53,058 nt of DNA from a virus (Duplodnaviria > Caudoviricetes): the IMG/VR virus record IMGVR_UViG_3300035190_000328, positions 1-53,058 of that record, one strand, 5' to 3'. A model generated the notes under the pieces. That model was not told the DNA's origin. It saw only the letters and a list, made by a program, of their open reading frames with translations, and did not search any database. Of this stretch, positions 46,301 through 53,058 are shown in pieces. Both the position numbers and the translations under genes were made by a program. Numbering within the stretch: the first letter of the stretch is position 1; each line of letters starts with the position of its first letter.

Positions 46301-46829
46301 TATATTCAGTTTCTCTAATATTTAAATCTTTATTACCTCCTCTAGTAACTTCAGTTTGTACTGTATAACTATAATTAGTAATAATATCTAATATAAGATC
46401 TTCTACAGTATCATAATCCTTACTATCTATAAGATCTTTAATAATAAAAGCTTGTTGTTTACCTGCTATATTAGATACTTCAGATATAAACTTATCTTTA
46501 TTAGTTTTAGCAAATCTCTTGAATATCTGCTTACCTTTCTCTGTATTTAAGAAAGTAACAGACCTTAGTACATAATTAATAGCAAATTCTTGAGCTACAG
46601 GAACTAACATAAAAGCTGATTCACTATCAGGTTTTACATTATCTAAAGGATTACCTGTAACTTCTTGTTTAGTAAAGTCTTCTATAGGTTTATTACCATA
46701 AACTTCATCTAATATAGACATTCCCTCATCTAATAGCCAAGCTTTAAATGATTCTTCAGGCATACCTGTTTCAGGAATAATAGCCTTTATTTTAGGATTA
46801 TTCCCTACATACTTTACTATACAAGCCAT
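37314..46829 (-). CDS. virion-delivered RNA polymerase polyprotein with a zincin and a C-terminal SF1 (RecD-like) helicase
   Basis: YRIPTQ and GSDFDVDKL (41256-41270) crAss vRNAP motifs; HEAFH; GRGGTGKT, DEASM, GD.AQLPPV, HKAQGST and YVAVSR. Confidence 0.9.
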   Translation of the reverse strand: MACIVKYVGNNPKIKAIIPETGMPEESFKAWLLDEGMSILDEVYGNKPIEDFTKQEVTGNPLDNVKPDSESAFMLVPVAQEFAINYVLRSVTFLNTEKGKQIFKRFAKTNKDKFISEVSNIAGKQQAFIIKDLIDSKDYDTVEDLILDIITNYSYTVQTEVTRGGNKDLNIRETEYNGEKRWSIVDIYTTMPLKSFKTEKEAETYLITELQKPTSHYSNLTVPGGTNYTENEIKTPDITPSIKGHGAFSTDQGIGWFRSDEASFVKQAMSIQNKEKDFEIAGNKYTQEYSLGKGFQHKKNGEIISEEEYRKAKYSNPKTRRILEVQSDLFQKGRDRIDLINKSSLEGQDRFTSNLGEDLQEAKWDAYYSWVEKTNYEVGSEESFKAFDSLYKIKDIKSPQNKFLQLLNKDNAWVTFFVKSIVQDSAKKGYEKVLFPTGNTASKVEGHGTLEEFKKEKEDRIKDLENKKIERDKIQYSVVSLNEAGLTRQSSQLINGDYILKTKEANGSTGYSYMESGSKETVEKLKKDKETEFDIEITQLKAELERVNGPEGLAALKPIYNFYENTIANVLKKQGYNAKVVTDEYGNTWNEVTVDEARDTGSIQLSTIGSPILRNIDQIQQNLTNLFGSDYVNNYVSVVNKLIQSKAFGAFTKDGKILVSTQSPEGTEYHEAFHRVFRLFTTPQERETLLKGIRNREDYQDRIAELRDLYGDKSTEYLEEELLAEDFRTYANTKQTSPEELSIFERIWNFIKKLFSGNTLNDFYDKILSGYYQGSNIIPQSGNDAYSLSPDAINMTVASNHALIISKLNQTVGLNSLSSELDKLIGQGVFKDLDSYISFVGPRMLQFVAKDTFSKEDLQKVFVKHKEFIGQFVSLPEEEIEETEVKDRLGIKDSDKTSVEDLDDSLVKLIISALPVINQEGKVVLNSVGLPQAVDYVKTLHALHAKLANNFTLESQLTELKKYAEKRPEINKLIEWFKLDKIPQTKDELNLQLKFVQSFAKAKQEFLVMQFNDIKSGEEPFKIIFEKERNINKVKDIWRANLSRSPLVKLTPEGRLLIQLDKLKEALDKSTNQELLDLLGFPDSENYSKYSKKGDLSKIDAALRGLTKDTPVDYFFDKNGLSINKEINSLAEQATLYNDEFTDLNVLDSKNAKRYALSLPTAYAIGDSIIKQGNADYLGNFPTESSLWIKSNRKLVNMIQAKSSLGLPTDYADMDEAAQAMLHYRATMNNIYPVLPSADRGVELAWQLEMPEEPSIDSLVQAVFNEIQYVANLPQSTRDKATPSGHLVTFEGVMVLEKNPLDYSRENLEDYALVKSKVEEFITNEVAAFKDKVAKYDTNHLDKESEDNFRTYMIKHWQSVYEQSNLFTGPLNNFKDPIKRFTLFTSSKKPAINSPSLNQSINALYKRADGKMEDGFESTIVFKDITGTYQEFIKGAIDSNEKGDLADASGIGTLDFIRSMMLRLGQWNEDFQSLYDYENTLTDVYPAKGIYETFALAVKKYGYAGPAYGEDYTPGYYITDLYKMAVMPVLPRSMQYSMPKLVEMAAKMQKAQIGLGVFASGSKGNNINEPQDIDSDEYNVTQRINYSFMGEHLETSPEEHKRVTLGTQMSKLDFVDIVKDPELHYANGDVKVTKEVIDTYNNLLNDITAQKFSKFLDNLSITIEGIGENKVYLFTDKDKLKKEVTEAMLQRKTSETFKEQLQAILSQDVIRADAMAEKVKLENNLMSFYNREVVKRDMPGEMFIQVPDLDNSLKFYEKAESGYGVSYAEVKIALPQKLMPLVLELEGDTFEDKLNKFNKEVLPKFREEWNLVPYRIPTQGQNAIEAVLVKEFLAPTLGNVIVVPNGITIKAGSDFDVDKLTTYVPHYYTVRNQVKVLQSKASLLIDIKVTKSLLKPYKEEFKDYKEFLDEQVEDDEVSLENIKYAEDKFKEMDNNPVIQKLLFQLKEQNNLLRNYDQYIAENEVIDIIAQVVTSEEAKENLLTSDSTDDLKKVALEVIAATGQSLGGIKSYEYTKILSPMMIVATRNKLLKFKQLVGPAALATTSHALFQQADISYYSPEYTLYFDSIQKLSEYPMDSVYDIDNKQKISAILKQFISAAVDVSKIGNDYITYTNVSFNTFGVVNILLRQRIPLDEVIYFLNQPIIREYTSLLDKNNSILNFKGKEKGYKIINSLISKMSKLRSEVDLTQQEIEDGEALDLAEYYDELKEGKTLVNYITKAELKDNMSKDMNTMSLDELKQQVQVLYSFELYNRAGSQLNKIQQVSNQDTKQAGKTLVDSWIKRKMYYDVLEDKSFKNLPNLFEDTLLKELKNTAMEADKIWSSGMQFVSFDKYLRGPEIMDIIYDLYRFSGANNLTTILERADRELATFGLITSPLDSGKTLSEYSSILRTSELMTELLDLKDKFPDNKFLQEMIPLLPEEGKDKGDIKPRSTYNIKLVSQRVNPVQQEILAEGFKELYDNPVTQPFAKKLIIAQLLQSGISDSPISYQKLLPKEYIDMSLQALKNMEPVIPHKFVEQFLQQNGIVEKRLRKYVSRDGYQAGQPLDSDKIYQKGPIILVGNSKKEVYLLTRSHAVIDGVFFPFQGKQYLPTGAIGDKYYYHAYTPIIEGENYVTLPSTNMEGVKKNKYELFPGVFANEGQQQALDLLDGFLRSPATEFTLIGRGGTGKTTIIKKTIEGYTGRIGGITVAHKAKKVLGKSIGKKNAFTVASALAIKLNESTGEFTPDLYARQQGKVPIKQLDLIIVDEASMISPNIYKEIMELKKPSAKVIFMGDNAQLPPVGEDVDSPVFDIKNQYTLVEKMRQAANSPIIGAGTLVARNIESKTPKLIAIPEGFRFNKIDPISQSTLLFTNNVDEALDSMVKDIKEANNNPEYVKAVTFNNENHSSPLSVKNLNVKIREKLWGEKAKNQFNVGEFITAYDTYTTDLGGVPVPVIYNSDDYIIHSLKAINNFTGSISVFSAKMGSRSFNFNYNVVELELLNEEGEILPDLKMVAYGVKILAIAESSKEKFNKDVASLFQTDKQLAFALKANFANLQYGYAITSHKAQGSTYNNVYVFEDNILGSTNGGSTVNKNKSLYVAVSRPSNRLVMISTNNKSTLDSEITAVAAKPVLEVDMQKVTETLDWIKANKPEIATNYVNDEALIDHLKQRAAQQDTTIDSEDFTTFVKDCL

Positions 46830-47308
46830 TATTTAAGGTATTGTTGAATAAATAATTGATTAAACTTAGTAGGTTCTAAGTCTTTAGTAGTATCTACTAA
46901 TCCTGACCAATAACCTATAGCATGTCTTTGAATCTTAATAAACTTCTGTAAGAACTCAAAGGTAGTTAATTCCTCATCTAATACAGAATTAGCTACTAAT
47001 TCATAAGCATCTCTTACTACAATCATTAAATTAGAAGCTTTTTGAATTATATCTATCAAAGATGTAAACTCTGGTTTAGTAGTATCCAATGTAGGAAACT
47101 CTACACCAGCTTGCATATCTAATAGATAAGATTGTAACTTTTGTGTATGTAAAATCTCATCATTAGCTTCTTTTATAAAGTATTGATAAGCAATACTATA
47201 ACCATTCTGAGCAGCATAGTTAGCTGCATAGTTAAAGAATAAATGTGTTGTATATTCAGCTTTTATTAAAGCTGCAAATGCTTTTACTGTACTTTCTTTT
47301 ATGAACAT
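46829..47308 (-). CDS. ferritin-like protein (degenerate ferroxidase site)
   Basis: 159 aa four-helix pattern: IKAE, GY....YF..EA.DE..H..KL..YL.D and TFEFLQ.FI..Q. Confidence 0.8.
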   Translation of the reverse strand: MFIKESTVKAFAALIKAEYTTHLFFNYAANYAAQNGYSIAYQYFIKEANDEILHTQKLQSYLLDMQAGVEFPTLDTTKPEFTSLIDIIQKASNLMIVVRDAYELVANSVLDEELTTFEFLQKFIKIQRHAIGYWSGLVDTTKDLEPTKFNQLFIQQYLK

Positions 47309-50300
47309 ATCCTGTCAAAATCTGTATTGGTTTCTAATAAGTTATCCACAAAGTTAGGATATTTTTCATCAAATTGTTTACTTAACTGAGAAATAACCTG
47401 ATTGCCTCTACTCTTAGCTCTGGGATTAACTTTATTCTTTAAAGCTTTATACTCAGAAAGTAATGGATTAGATACTTGAGATGCTTCTGCTTTAGTTTCT
47501 AAAGCAGCTAGTTCTGCATCATATTTAGTATTTAAAACACCATCTGTAAAATAACCAATATTTAAACTAGATGGTAATTGTGTTTTTGCAACATCTTCTA
47601 TAAAGTTTTCATCTAAATAGTTTTCTAATTTATCTTGTAAGGTTTTTCCATTGGTATTTTCAAGAGTAGTTCTATCAATTGCTCCTAAAAATAAATCTAA
47701 ATATCCTCTGTGAGGACTTTTACCTTCAGCTAAATCAAATAATATTTGTTTTAATTGTTCTTTATTAACAATACCTGTAGTAGAACTTACTCCAGCAGGC
47801 ATTAATAAATTATCATTATAAATATTTATAGCGTTCCCTTTTGAAGTGATGTGTGTTATAAATAATAAATTATCAGGTAAATTATTTATTCTTCTTTCTA
47901 TTTCAGCTTTTTTAGCTTCTGTACTACCTTCAGTAGAAGTACCTTTAGTAGCTTCTGTTATTAGCTTATCATACCTATCATATATTTCATTGTAGGCATC
48001 TAATTCAGCTTGCTTTAGTTTTTTTAATTCTTCTAATCTTTTATCTCTTTGTTTTTGTTCTACTTGTTTTTGTCTAACTTCTTGTATTTCTTGTGAGGAT
48101 AGTCCTCTTTCGTCTAAAACTATAGGAGCTAAAATATTTAAACCTTCTTTTTCAATTATTTCATTGTAATTATTTTCTATCCCCTCTAATACCTTATCTT
48201 TATTAATTACGCCATCAACTTTATAATCATCTATGTTAGGTATAATCTTTTTAACTTCTTCTTCTTCTGCTGCTCTGTATTCAGCTATTTGTTTTTTAAC
48301 ACTTTCTTTATTATTTACAGAAGTTTCTTTTATAAAATTTAATACAGATAAAGCTCTTTTATTAATTTCATCTTCATAGTTACCTATAGTTTTATTTTCT
48401 CCTTGAAGCTTCTTAAATTCTTCAAAAGATAATAAAGAATGTTGATATTCATGTTCTATTACAAAATTTTCAAATTCTTGGTAACTATTAAAAATATTTT
48501 CAGGTAAAGGAATAGATTTAGAACCATCTTTTTGAGTTCTTGAATTTACCCAAGCTTTTTCTGTAAATTTTTGTTTTAAAAAATTCCTATTTAAGCTAAT
48601 AGTATTAGTTTTTCTATCATAATTAGCTGCCCCTATTTCTCCAGTCTGTGTAATTATGTTAGCAGTATTTACTATTTTAATGCCTTTATAGGGTTTTTCT
48701 ATAACTTTCTCTCCTTTAGCAATAGGACTATTTAAATTAAAAGTTAAATACCTATTTATATTTTCACCATCAAGATTAGCTTTTACTAATAAAGGAATTT
48801 CAGATTTAGTTCTATTTTCTTCACTTAGTAAATAATGTTTATATGAAGGATAAGACTTAGTTATAAGTTTATCTCCTTGCATAGTAACAGCTTCATAAGA
48901 TGTTTTAGAGTTTAAAAGCTTGTTATTGATATTATATACCTTATTAGCTAAAGATTGTAATATTGTATCTTTAGATTCTTCTAGAGAATCTACATTATTA
49001 TAAAAATTGCCCCCTATATTAACAGCACCTGCTTTAGTAAAATATAAAGAATAAGAAGGATATTTAGCATTTTGTCCAACATTAACTAATTCTTCTAATA
49101 CATCTCTATAAGATTTACCTTTAATAGTTTCTTTAGAGCCACTTAGAACACCTTTAATTAACTCAAAAGCTGCCAAAGCATCTGTTGGACTTAAAGTATT
49201 TTTAAATGTGCTTAGAGGGTCTCCTATTGCATTATAAGTATATACATTACCTGGAGTAGCTTGAATCTGGGATTCTCCTACCCTAATAATTCCAGGAGTT
49301 TTTTCAGTATATAATACAAGTTCTATAGTATTAATATCTAAACCTGTAGCTGTATTAGCAGGTAAGCTTTTTAATTCTCCTTGTACACCTTTACTTCTTC
49401 CTGTAATAGGTAATAAAGTCTTAGTACCTTTAGCATTATTAGCTAATAAAGTTTGTTGAAAAGCATTATATTGACTTCTAGCTAAAGCTAAAGCTTGTTT
49501 TTGTTTAGTTTCATTATCTTTAAATTCAGGATAAGAAAACCCATCCCAAGAACTTTCATGTAATGGGGTATATACAGGTAATCCACTATCATCTAATATA
49601 GGATTACCTTCATTATCTACTACTACAGCTATAGTAGTTAATCTATTACCTTTAAGTGCCTCAGAATCTGTAAGATTATCTTGTACTTGAGAAGCCCCTA
49701 CATAGAAATCTACACCTTGTAAAGGATTATCAGGAGTTATTACTAACAACTTATGATTTTCTATTAAGTCTTTTAAAGAGGTATTATTAATAAAAGCATA
49801 CCATCTTTTAGAAGATTCAGAGTTTTGAGCAGTTTGATCTCCAGATGTTTTACCATAGCCTATCCATATAGGGGGTTTAGGAGATTGGTTATAAGAACTT
49901 ATCTGTTCAGCAGTTAATAAAACAGGAGTTTGTATAATATCTGTAACATCAACCCCACCTTCAAATGTTTCTCCTGAAATTCTATCAGGTTGTTCATTAG
50001 CTTGTTTAGCTTTTTCTCTAGCTAGATAAAATTCTGATAACCTACCAAAAGCAGCTTCATCTCGTAAAGCTTCTAAATCAGGATTACTAGCTATAAACTC
50101 AGGTGTTAAAGGAATTTGTTTACCTGAATGTGTAGTTAATACAGGTTTCCCATCTATAGTCTGTAAAGTATAAGCTTCTTCATTAGCCTTACTATAAAGA
50201 TATACAGGTTCTTCTATAGTATCTAAAGATGTTACATCATAATAATCTGATAATTTAGCTACTAGTGAATCATTAATTCTTTCATCAAAAGATCCTTTAT

Positions 50301-52596
50301 TACTATTAATTATCTTTGACATTTCTTTAGAATAGGCTTCTGGGCCTTGCAAAGCAGATTTATATAAATCTAATACTTGATTTTTATATAAACTTAACCC
50401 TGCTAAATCTTCATAAGCATCTTTTAATTTAACAGCATCATGGGGAGCTATAATATTTTTATCTATAGCTTTCTGAAGAACTTCAGTTAACTCTTTTAAT
50501 TTATTATAAGATTCTTTTGGGTTGCTTAACTTTAATAAAGCTAATGGCATATTAGCAGTATTAACTTTATCCCCAAAAAATTCTTTTATCTTAGCTATTT
50601 CAGGAATCTCTTCTTCATAGTTACTTAGTAAGTCTGTTAATATAGGACTTACTTCTTGCATAACCTTAGACATTCTACCAGTAGCTTCTTCTACTGAAGC
50701 TAATTTAGAAGCTAAATCTACAGTAGCATCTTCTCCTATAACATTATGCAGGGGTTTTACAATTTCCCAAGCTCTTTTTATTTTAGGAAGGTATTCTTTT
50801 AAATCTTTTTGATTTTTAGAAATCTGTTCTATTAAATCTGTATCAGATATATCTAAATTATCTATATCTGTACCATCTTGATTTTTCTGTTTTAATAAAT
50901 CTCTTATTTCTGCTGGAGTAAATTCTGTTTGCATTAAGTCTAAGAAATCTTTTTCTTTTCCTAAATCTAAAGCAGTTATATAATCAACAGCTATTTTTTG
51001 AGCTTCTAATGCTTTGGCTTTACCTATATTACCTTTTTTATATTCATCTTCAATATCTCTATCAAAAGATGTACCTGCTATAAAAGCTTTTAGTTGACTT
51101 TCTTTTCCAGTATTTCTTTTATAAATTTCATTTAAAATCCTACCAGCCTCTTCCCCCATTTTCTTTTTTTCTTGAAAATCTCTTCTGGCTTCAAATATAC
51201 CACCAGTCATTTCAAGACTTCTTTTACCAGTTTCCTGATTTTTCTTTATATTAGGTAAGCCTAGCCCACCCATCAAAGCTCCTATAGCAAATTGTTCAGC
51301 AGCTTCTCCACCTAACCAAGTTTTACCTTGTTGATTTTGAAAAGTATCCTGAATAACATCTAAAAATGAATTTGTTAATGCTGCAAAATCTTTTTTACCT
51401 TGAGTATCTTGAGATCTTTCAGCATAAGTTTTAGCTAGTTTATTAATTTTATACTGCCCCCATTCTTCAAAACCTTCTCTTAAAGCTCCTTTAGAATACC
51501 CAAAACCATAACCTAATGCTTTTCTAAAAGCATTTTGCTCTACTTTTTTAAATCCAGTACTAGGATCTAGTATATAACTTTTAGCTCCTTTTCTTAAAGC
51601 TTGGTTAATAGTATTTCCTTTGGCAAAAGCTCCTTTAAATTGCCCATAATTAGAAGCCATAAGGATAGCCATATTTCCTAAAAAATCTACATTACCCGCA
51701 GTTCTAGCTATACTATCAGCATCTTTTTCAGAATACCCTTTAGCTATTAAATCATCATAAGATTCATTATATGTACTATTAGCTTCAGTTTTAGATTCTG
51801 ATATAGCTGCAATACCAGAACCTAGTAATTGTCTTCCTAAATTAGTAGATTCTTTCCCTAATGAAGCTATTTGTGCAGCTCCTCTACCCATATAAGCTAA
51901 TCCTTCTCCAGCTTTAGCATATCCAATACCTCTTTTAGCAACATTAGTAGAAATTTTACCTAATGTACTAAGATTTTTAGCCTCTTCTCCTGCTAATGCA
52001 AGAGCTTTAGCTCCTTTAGTAGCTAACATAGCATCACCTAATCCCATAGTAGCTATAGTACCTAAAAAAGTACCTGCTGCAAAGCCTGTTGATTCTAAAG
52101 CACTTCCCCAAAAATTAGCATCATCTAAATTTTCGTACCAGTTATTATCTTGATATTCTTGAGTTTGGTAATTAGGTAAAGCTTTATCAGCATAATCTTC
52201 TAATTTAGATAAACCATTAGATAGTGGGTCTTTCCAAAACCCAGATAAAAATCCTGTAGTAGGGTCATTATCTAATAAATTAGCAGCACCTGAACCTAAT
52301 GAGCTTAGTAACCCTACTGTAGTATTTAGAAAAGATGTTCCTAATTTAACAGTACCTTTTAATAAACTATTAGCTAATTTATCAGGTACTGATTGATTTA
52401 AAGCTAATAATTCAGCAGGATCAGTTATAGGATAAGCTTGATTTATATATCCTTTATCTTTTACTCTATCAAGTAATTCTACTCTATCTGAATCTACAGA
52501 ACTGCTTTGAGGCAATCCTTTAGTAGATAAAACTGAAAAAGCTGAAGCTGGTTTTTCAGCATTTTTATTTATTACACTAAATATAGATGGCCTCAT
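47299..52596 (-). CDS. large virion cargo/ejection protein with Gly/Ala-rich membrane-like helices and inserted domains
   Basis: 1765 aa; hydrophobic N-terminal region, EGFEEWGQ motif and HEYQH; ends ICS. Confidence 0.8.
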   Translation of the reverse strand: MRPSIFSVINKNAEKPASAFSVLSTKGLPQSSSVDSDRVELLDRVKDKGYINQAYPITDPAELLALNQSVPDKLANSLLKGTVKLGTSFLNTTVGLLSSLGSGAANLLDNDPTTGFLSGFWKDPLSNGLSKLEDYADKALPNYQTQEYQDNNWYENLDDANFWGSALESTGFAAGTFLGTIATMGLGDAMLATKGAKALALAGEEAKNLSTLGKISTNVAKRGIGYAKAGEGLAYMGRGAAQIASLGKESTNLGRQLLGSGIAAISESKTEANSTYNESYDDLIAKGYSEKDADSIARTAGNVDFLGNMAILMASNYGQFKGAFAKGNTINQALRKGAKSYILDPSTGFKKVEQNAFRKALGYGFGYSKGALREGFEEWGQYKINKLAKTYAERSQDTQGKKDFAALTNSFLDVIQDTFQNQQGKTWLGGEAAEQFAIGALMGGLGLPNIKKNQETGKRSLEMTGGIFEARRDFQEKKKMGEEAGRILNEIYKRNTGKESQLKAFIAGTSFDRDIEDEYKKGNIGKAKALEAQKIAVDYITALDLGKEKDFLDLMQTEFTPAEIRDLLKQKNQDGTDIDNLDISDTDLIEQISKNQKDLKEYLPKIKRAWEIVKPLHNVIGEDATVDLASKLASVEEATGRMSKVMQEVSPILTDLLSNYEEEIPEIAKIKEFFGDKVNTANMPLALLKLSNPKESYNKLKELTEVLQKAIDKNIIAPHDAVKLKDAYEDLAGLSLYKNQVLDLYKSALQGPEAYSKEMSKIINSNKGSFDERINDSLVAKLSDYYDVTSLDTIEEPVYLYSKANEEAYTLQTIDGKPVLTTHSGKQIPLTPEFIASNPDLEALRDEAAFGRLSEFYLAREKAKQANEQPDRISGETFEGGVDVTDIIQTPVLLTAEQISSYNQSPKPPIWIGYGKTSGDQTAQNSESSKRWYAFINNTSLKDLIENHKLLVITPDNPLQGVDFYVGASQVQDNLTDSEALKGNRLTTIAVVVDNEGNPILDDSGLPVYTPLHESSWDGFSYPEFKDNETKQKQALALARSQYNAFQQTLLANNAKGTKTLLPITGRSKGVQGELKSLPANTATGLDINTIELVLYTEKTPGIIRVGESQIQATPGNVYTYNAIGDPLSTFKNTLSPTDALAAFELIKGVLSGSKETIKGKSYRDVLEELVNVGQNAKYPSYSLYFTKAGAVNIGGNFYNNVDSLEESKDTILQSLANKVYNINNKLLNSKTSYEAVTMQGDKLITKSYPSYKHYLLSEENRTKSEIPLLVKANLDGENINRYLTFNLNSPIAKGEKVIEKPYKGIKIVNTANIITQTGEIGAANYDRKTNTISLNRNFLKQKFTEKAWVNSRTQKDGSKSIPLPENIFNSYQEFENFVIEHEYQHSLLSFEEFKKLQGENKTIGNYEDEINKRALSVLNFIKETSVNNKESVKKQIAEYRAAEEEEVKKIIPNIDDYKVDGVINKDKVLEGIENNYNEIIEKEGLNILAPIVLDERGLSSQEIQEVRQKQVEQKQRDKRLEELKKLKQAELDAYNEIYDRYDKLITEATKGTSTEGSTEAKKAEIERRINNLPDNLLFITHITSKGNAINIYNDNLLMPAGVSSTTGIVNKEQLKQILFDLAEGKSPHRGYLDLFLGAIDRTTLENTNGKTLQDKLENYLDENFIEDVAKTQLPSSLNIGYFTDGVLNTKYDAELAALETKAEASQVSNPLLSEYKALKNKVNPRAKSRGNQVISQLSKQFDEKYPNFVDNLLETNTDFDRICS

Positions 52597-52598
52597 AC

Positions 52599-53057
52599 TT
52601 ATTTATTAAATAATAAACTTTCTCCTAAATCTTTTTTAACTGCACTTAAACTTGTGTATTTAGAAGTTACCCCACCATTAGAAACTATATATTCTTTACC
52701 TACCCTTTCAATTTTAAAATCTTCTCCTCCAATTTTTATATCAGTTTGCCCATAAGTATCTAAATCTCTAAAATTAGAATCCAACCCATTATTTTCAAGA
52801 TATATATTAGTTAGACCTATAATACCTGCTTCTTGCTGAGTAATATCAGGACTTTTAATTAAATTGGTAAACATACCTTCTAATACAGGAGATTTTTCTT
52901 TATTCATTTTAATTTTTTCTTCTGTAAAAACAGTAGGACCATCTTTAGTTTTTTTAGTTTCTACATTTAAATATACATTTCCATCAGCATCTATTTTAAA
53001 ATGGGTTGTCTCTGGAGTAATTGAATAATAGCCTTTGTATTTTTCTCCTAAAGGAAT
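52599..53057 (-). CDS. 3' end of a virion-module protein (partial)
   Basis: The frame stays open from the window edge, so the 52907 ATG is probably internal. Confidence 0.7.
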   Translation of the reverse strand: MPLGEKYKGYYSITPETTHFKIDADGNVYLNVETKKTKDGPTVFTEEKIKMNKEKSPVLEGMFTNLIKSPDITQQEAGIIGLTNIYLENNGLDSNFRDLDTYGQTDIKIGGEDFKIERVGKEYIVSNGGVTSKYTSLSAVKKDLGESLLFNK

Positions 53058-53058
53058 G

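Noticed and set aside
36640-47310. Terminal Cys as split-intein junctions or lipoprotein anchors
   Set aside because: No Hint motifs or terminal HN, and Cys3 has no preceding signal peptide.
1-53058. Stop-codon reassignment, as in some crAss-like clades
   Set aside because: Long genes are intact under code 11, and TAG and TGA both end genes cleanly at junctions (e.g. 542, 24654, 36652, 16829).

Overview
An AT-rich, CpG-poor fragment of a crAss-like (Crassvirales-related) phage genome that probably infects a Bacteroidota host; it uses the standard genetic code. On the + strand, 1-330 holds a gene end, A/T tracts and a C-rich tract that may mark a terminus or origin. The early region (~300-12000) has small genes, many stem-closed RNA-like elements, a degenerate tRNA, a full tmRNA with a long tag, tRNA-Arg(UCU), a dNMP kinase and a CpG-richer island. 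The replication block (~12700-24000) encodes PolA, an SF2 helicase, a DnaB-like helicase, an AAA ATPase, a putative SSB, primase, a resolvase-like nuclease, a PD-(D/E)xK nuclease and UDG. It is followed by a candidate phage ubiquitin-like conjugation operon (Ubl fusion, E2-like, JAB, E1/ThiF; 25053-28827) and a spore-photoproduct-lyase-like radical SAM gene. Beyond a bidirectional terminator at ~32840, the - strand encodes giant virion cargo proteins, including a 3171-aa virion RNA polymerase fused to a zincin and a RecD-like helicase. The strongest candidates for new biology are the Ubl-E2-JAB-E1 system and the four cargo proteins (6419 aa) whose only six cysteines sit at matched termini, suggesting a head-to-tail linked chain. 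All calls come from reading motifs by eye; no searches were run.
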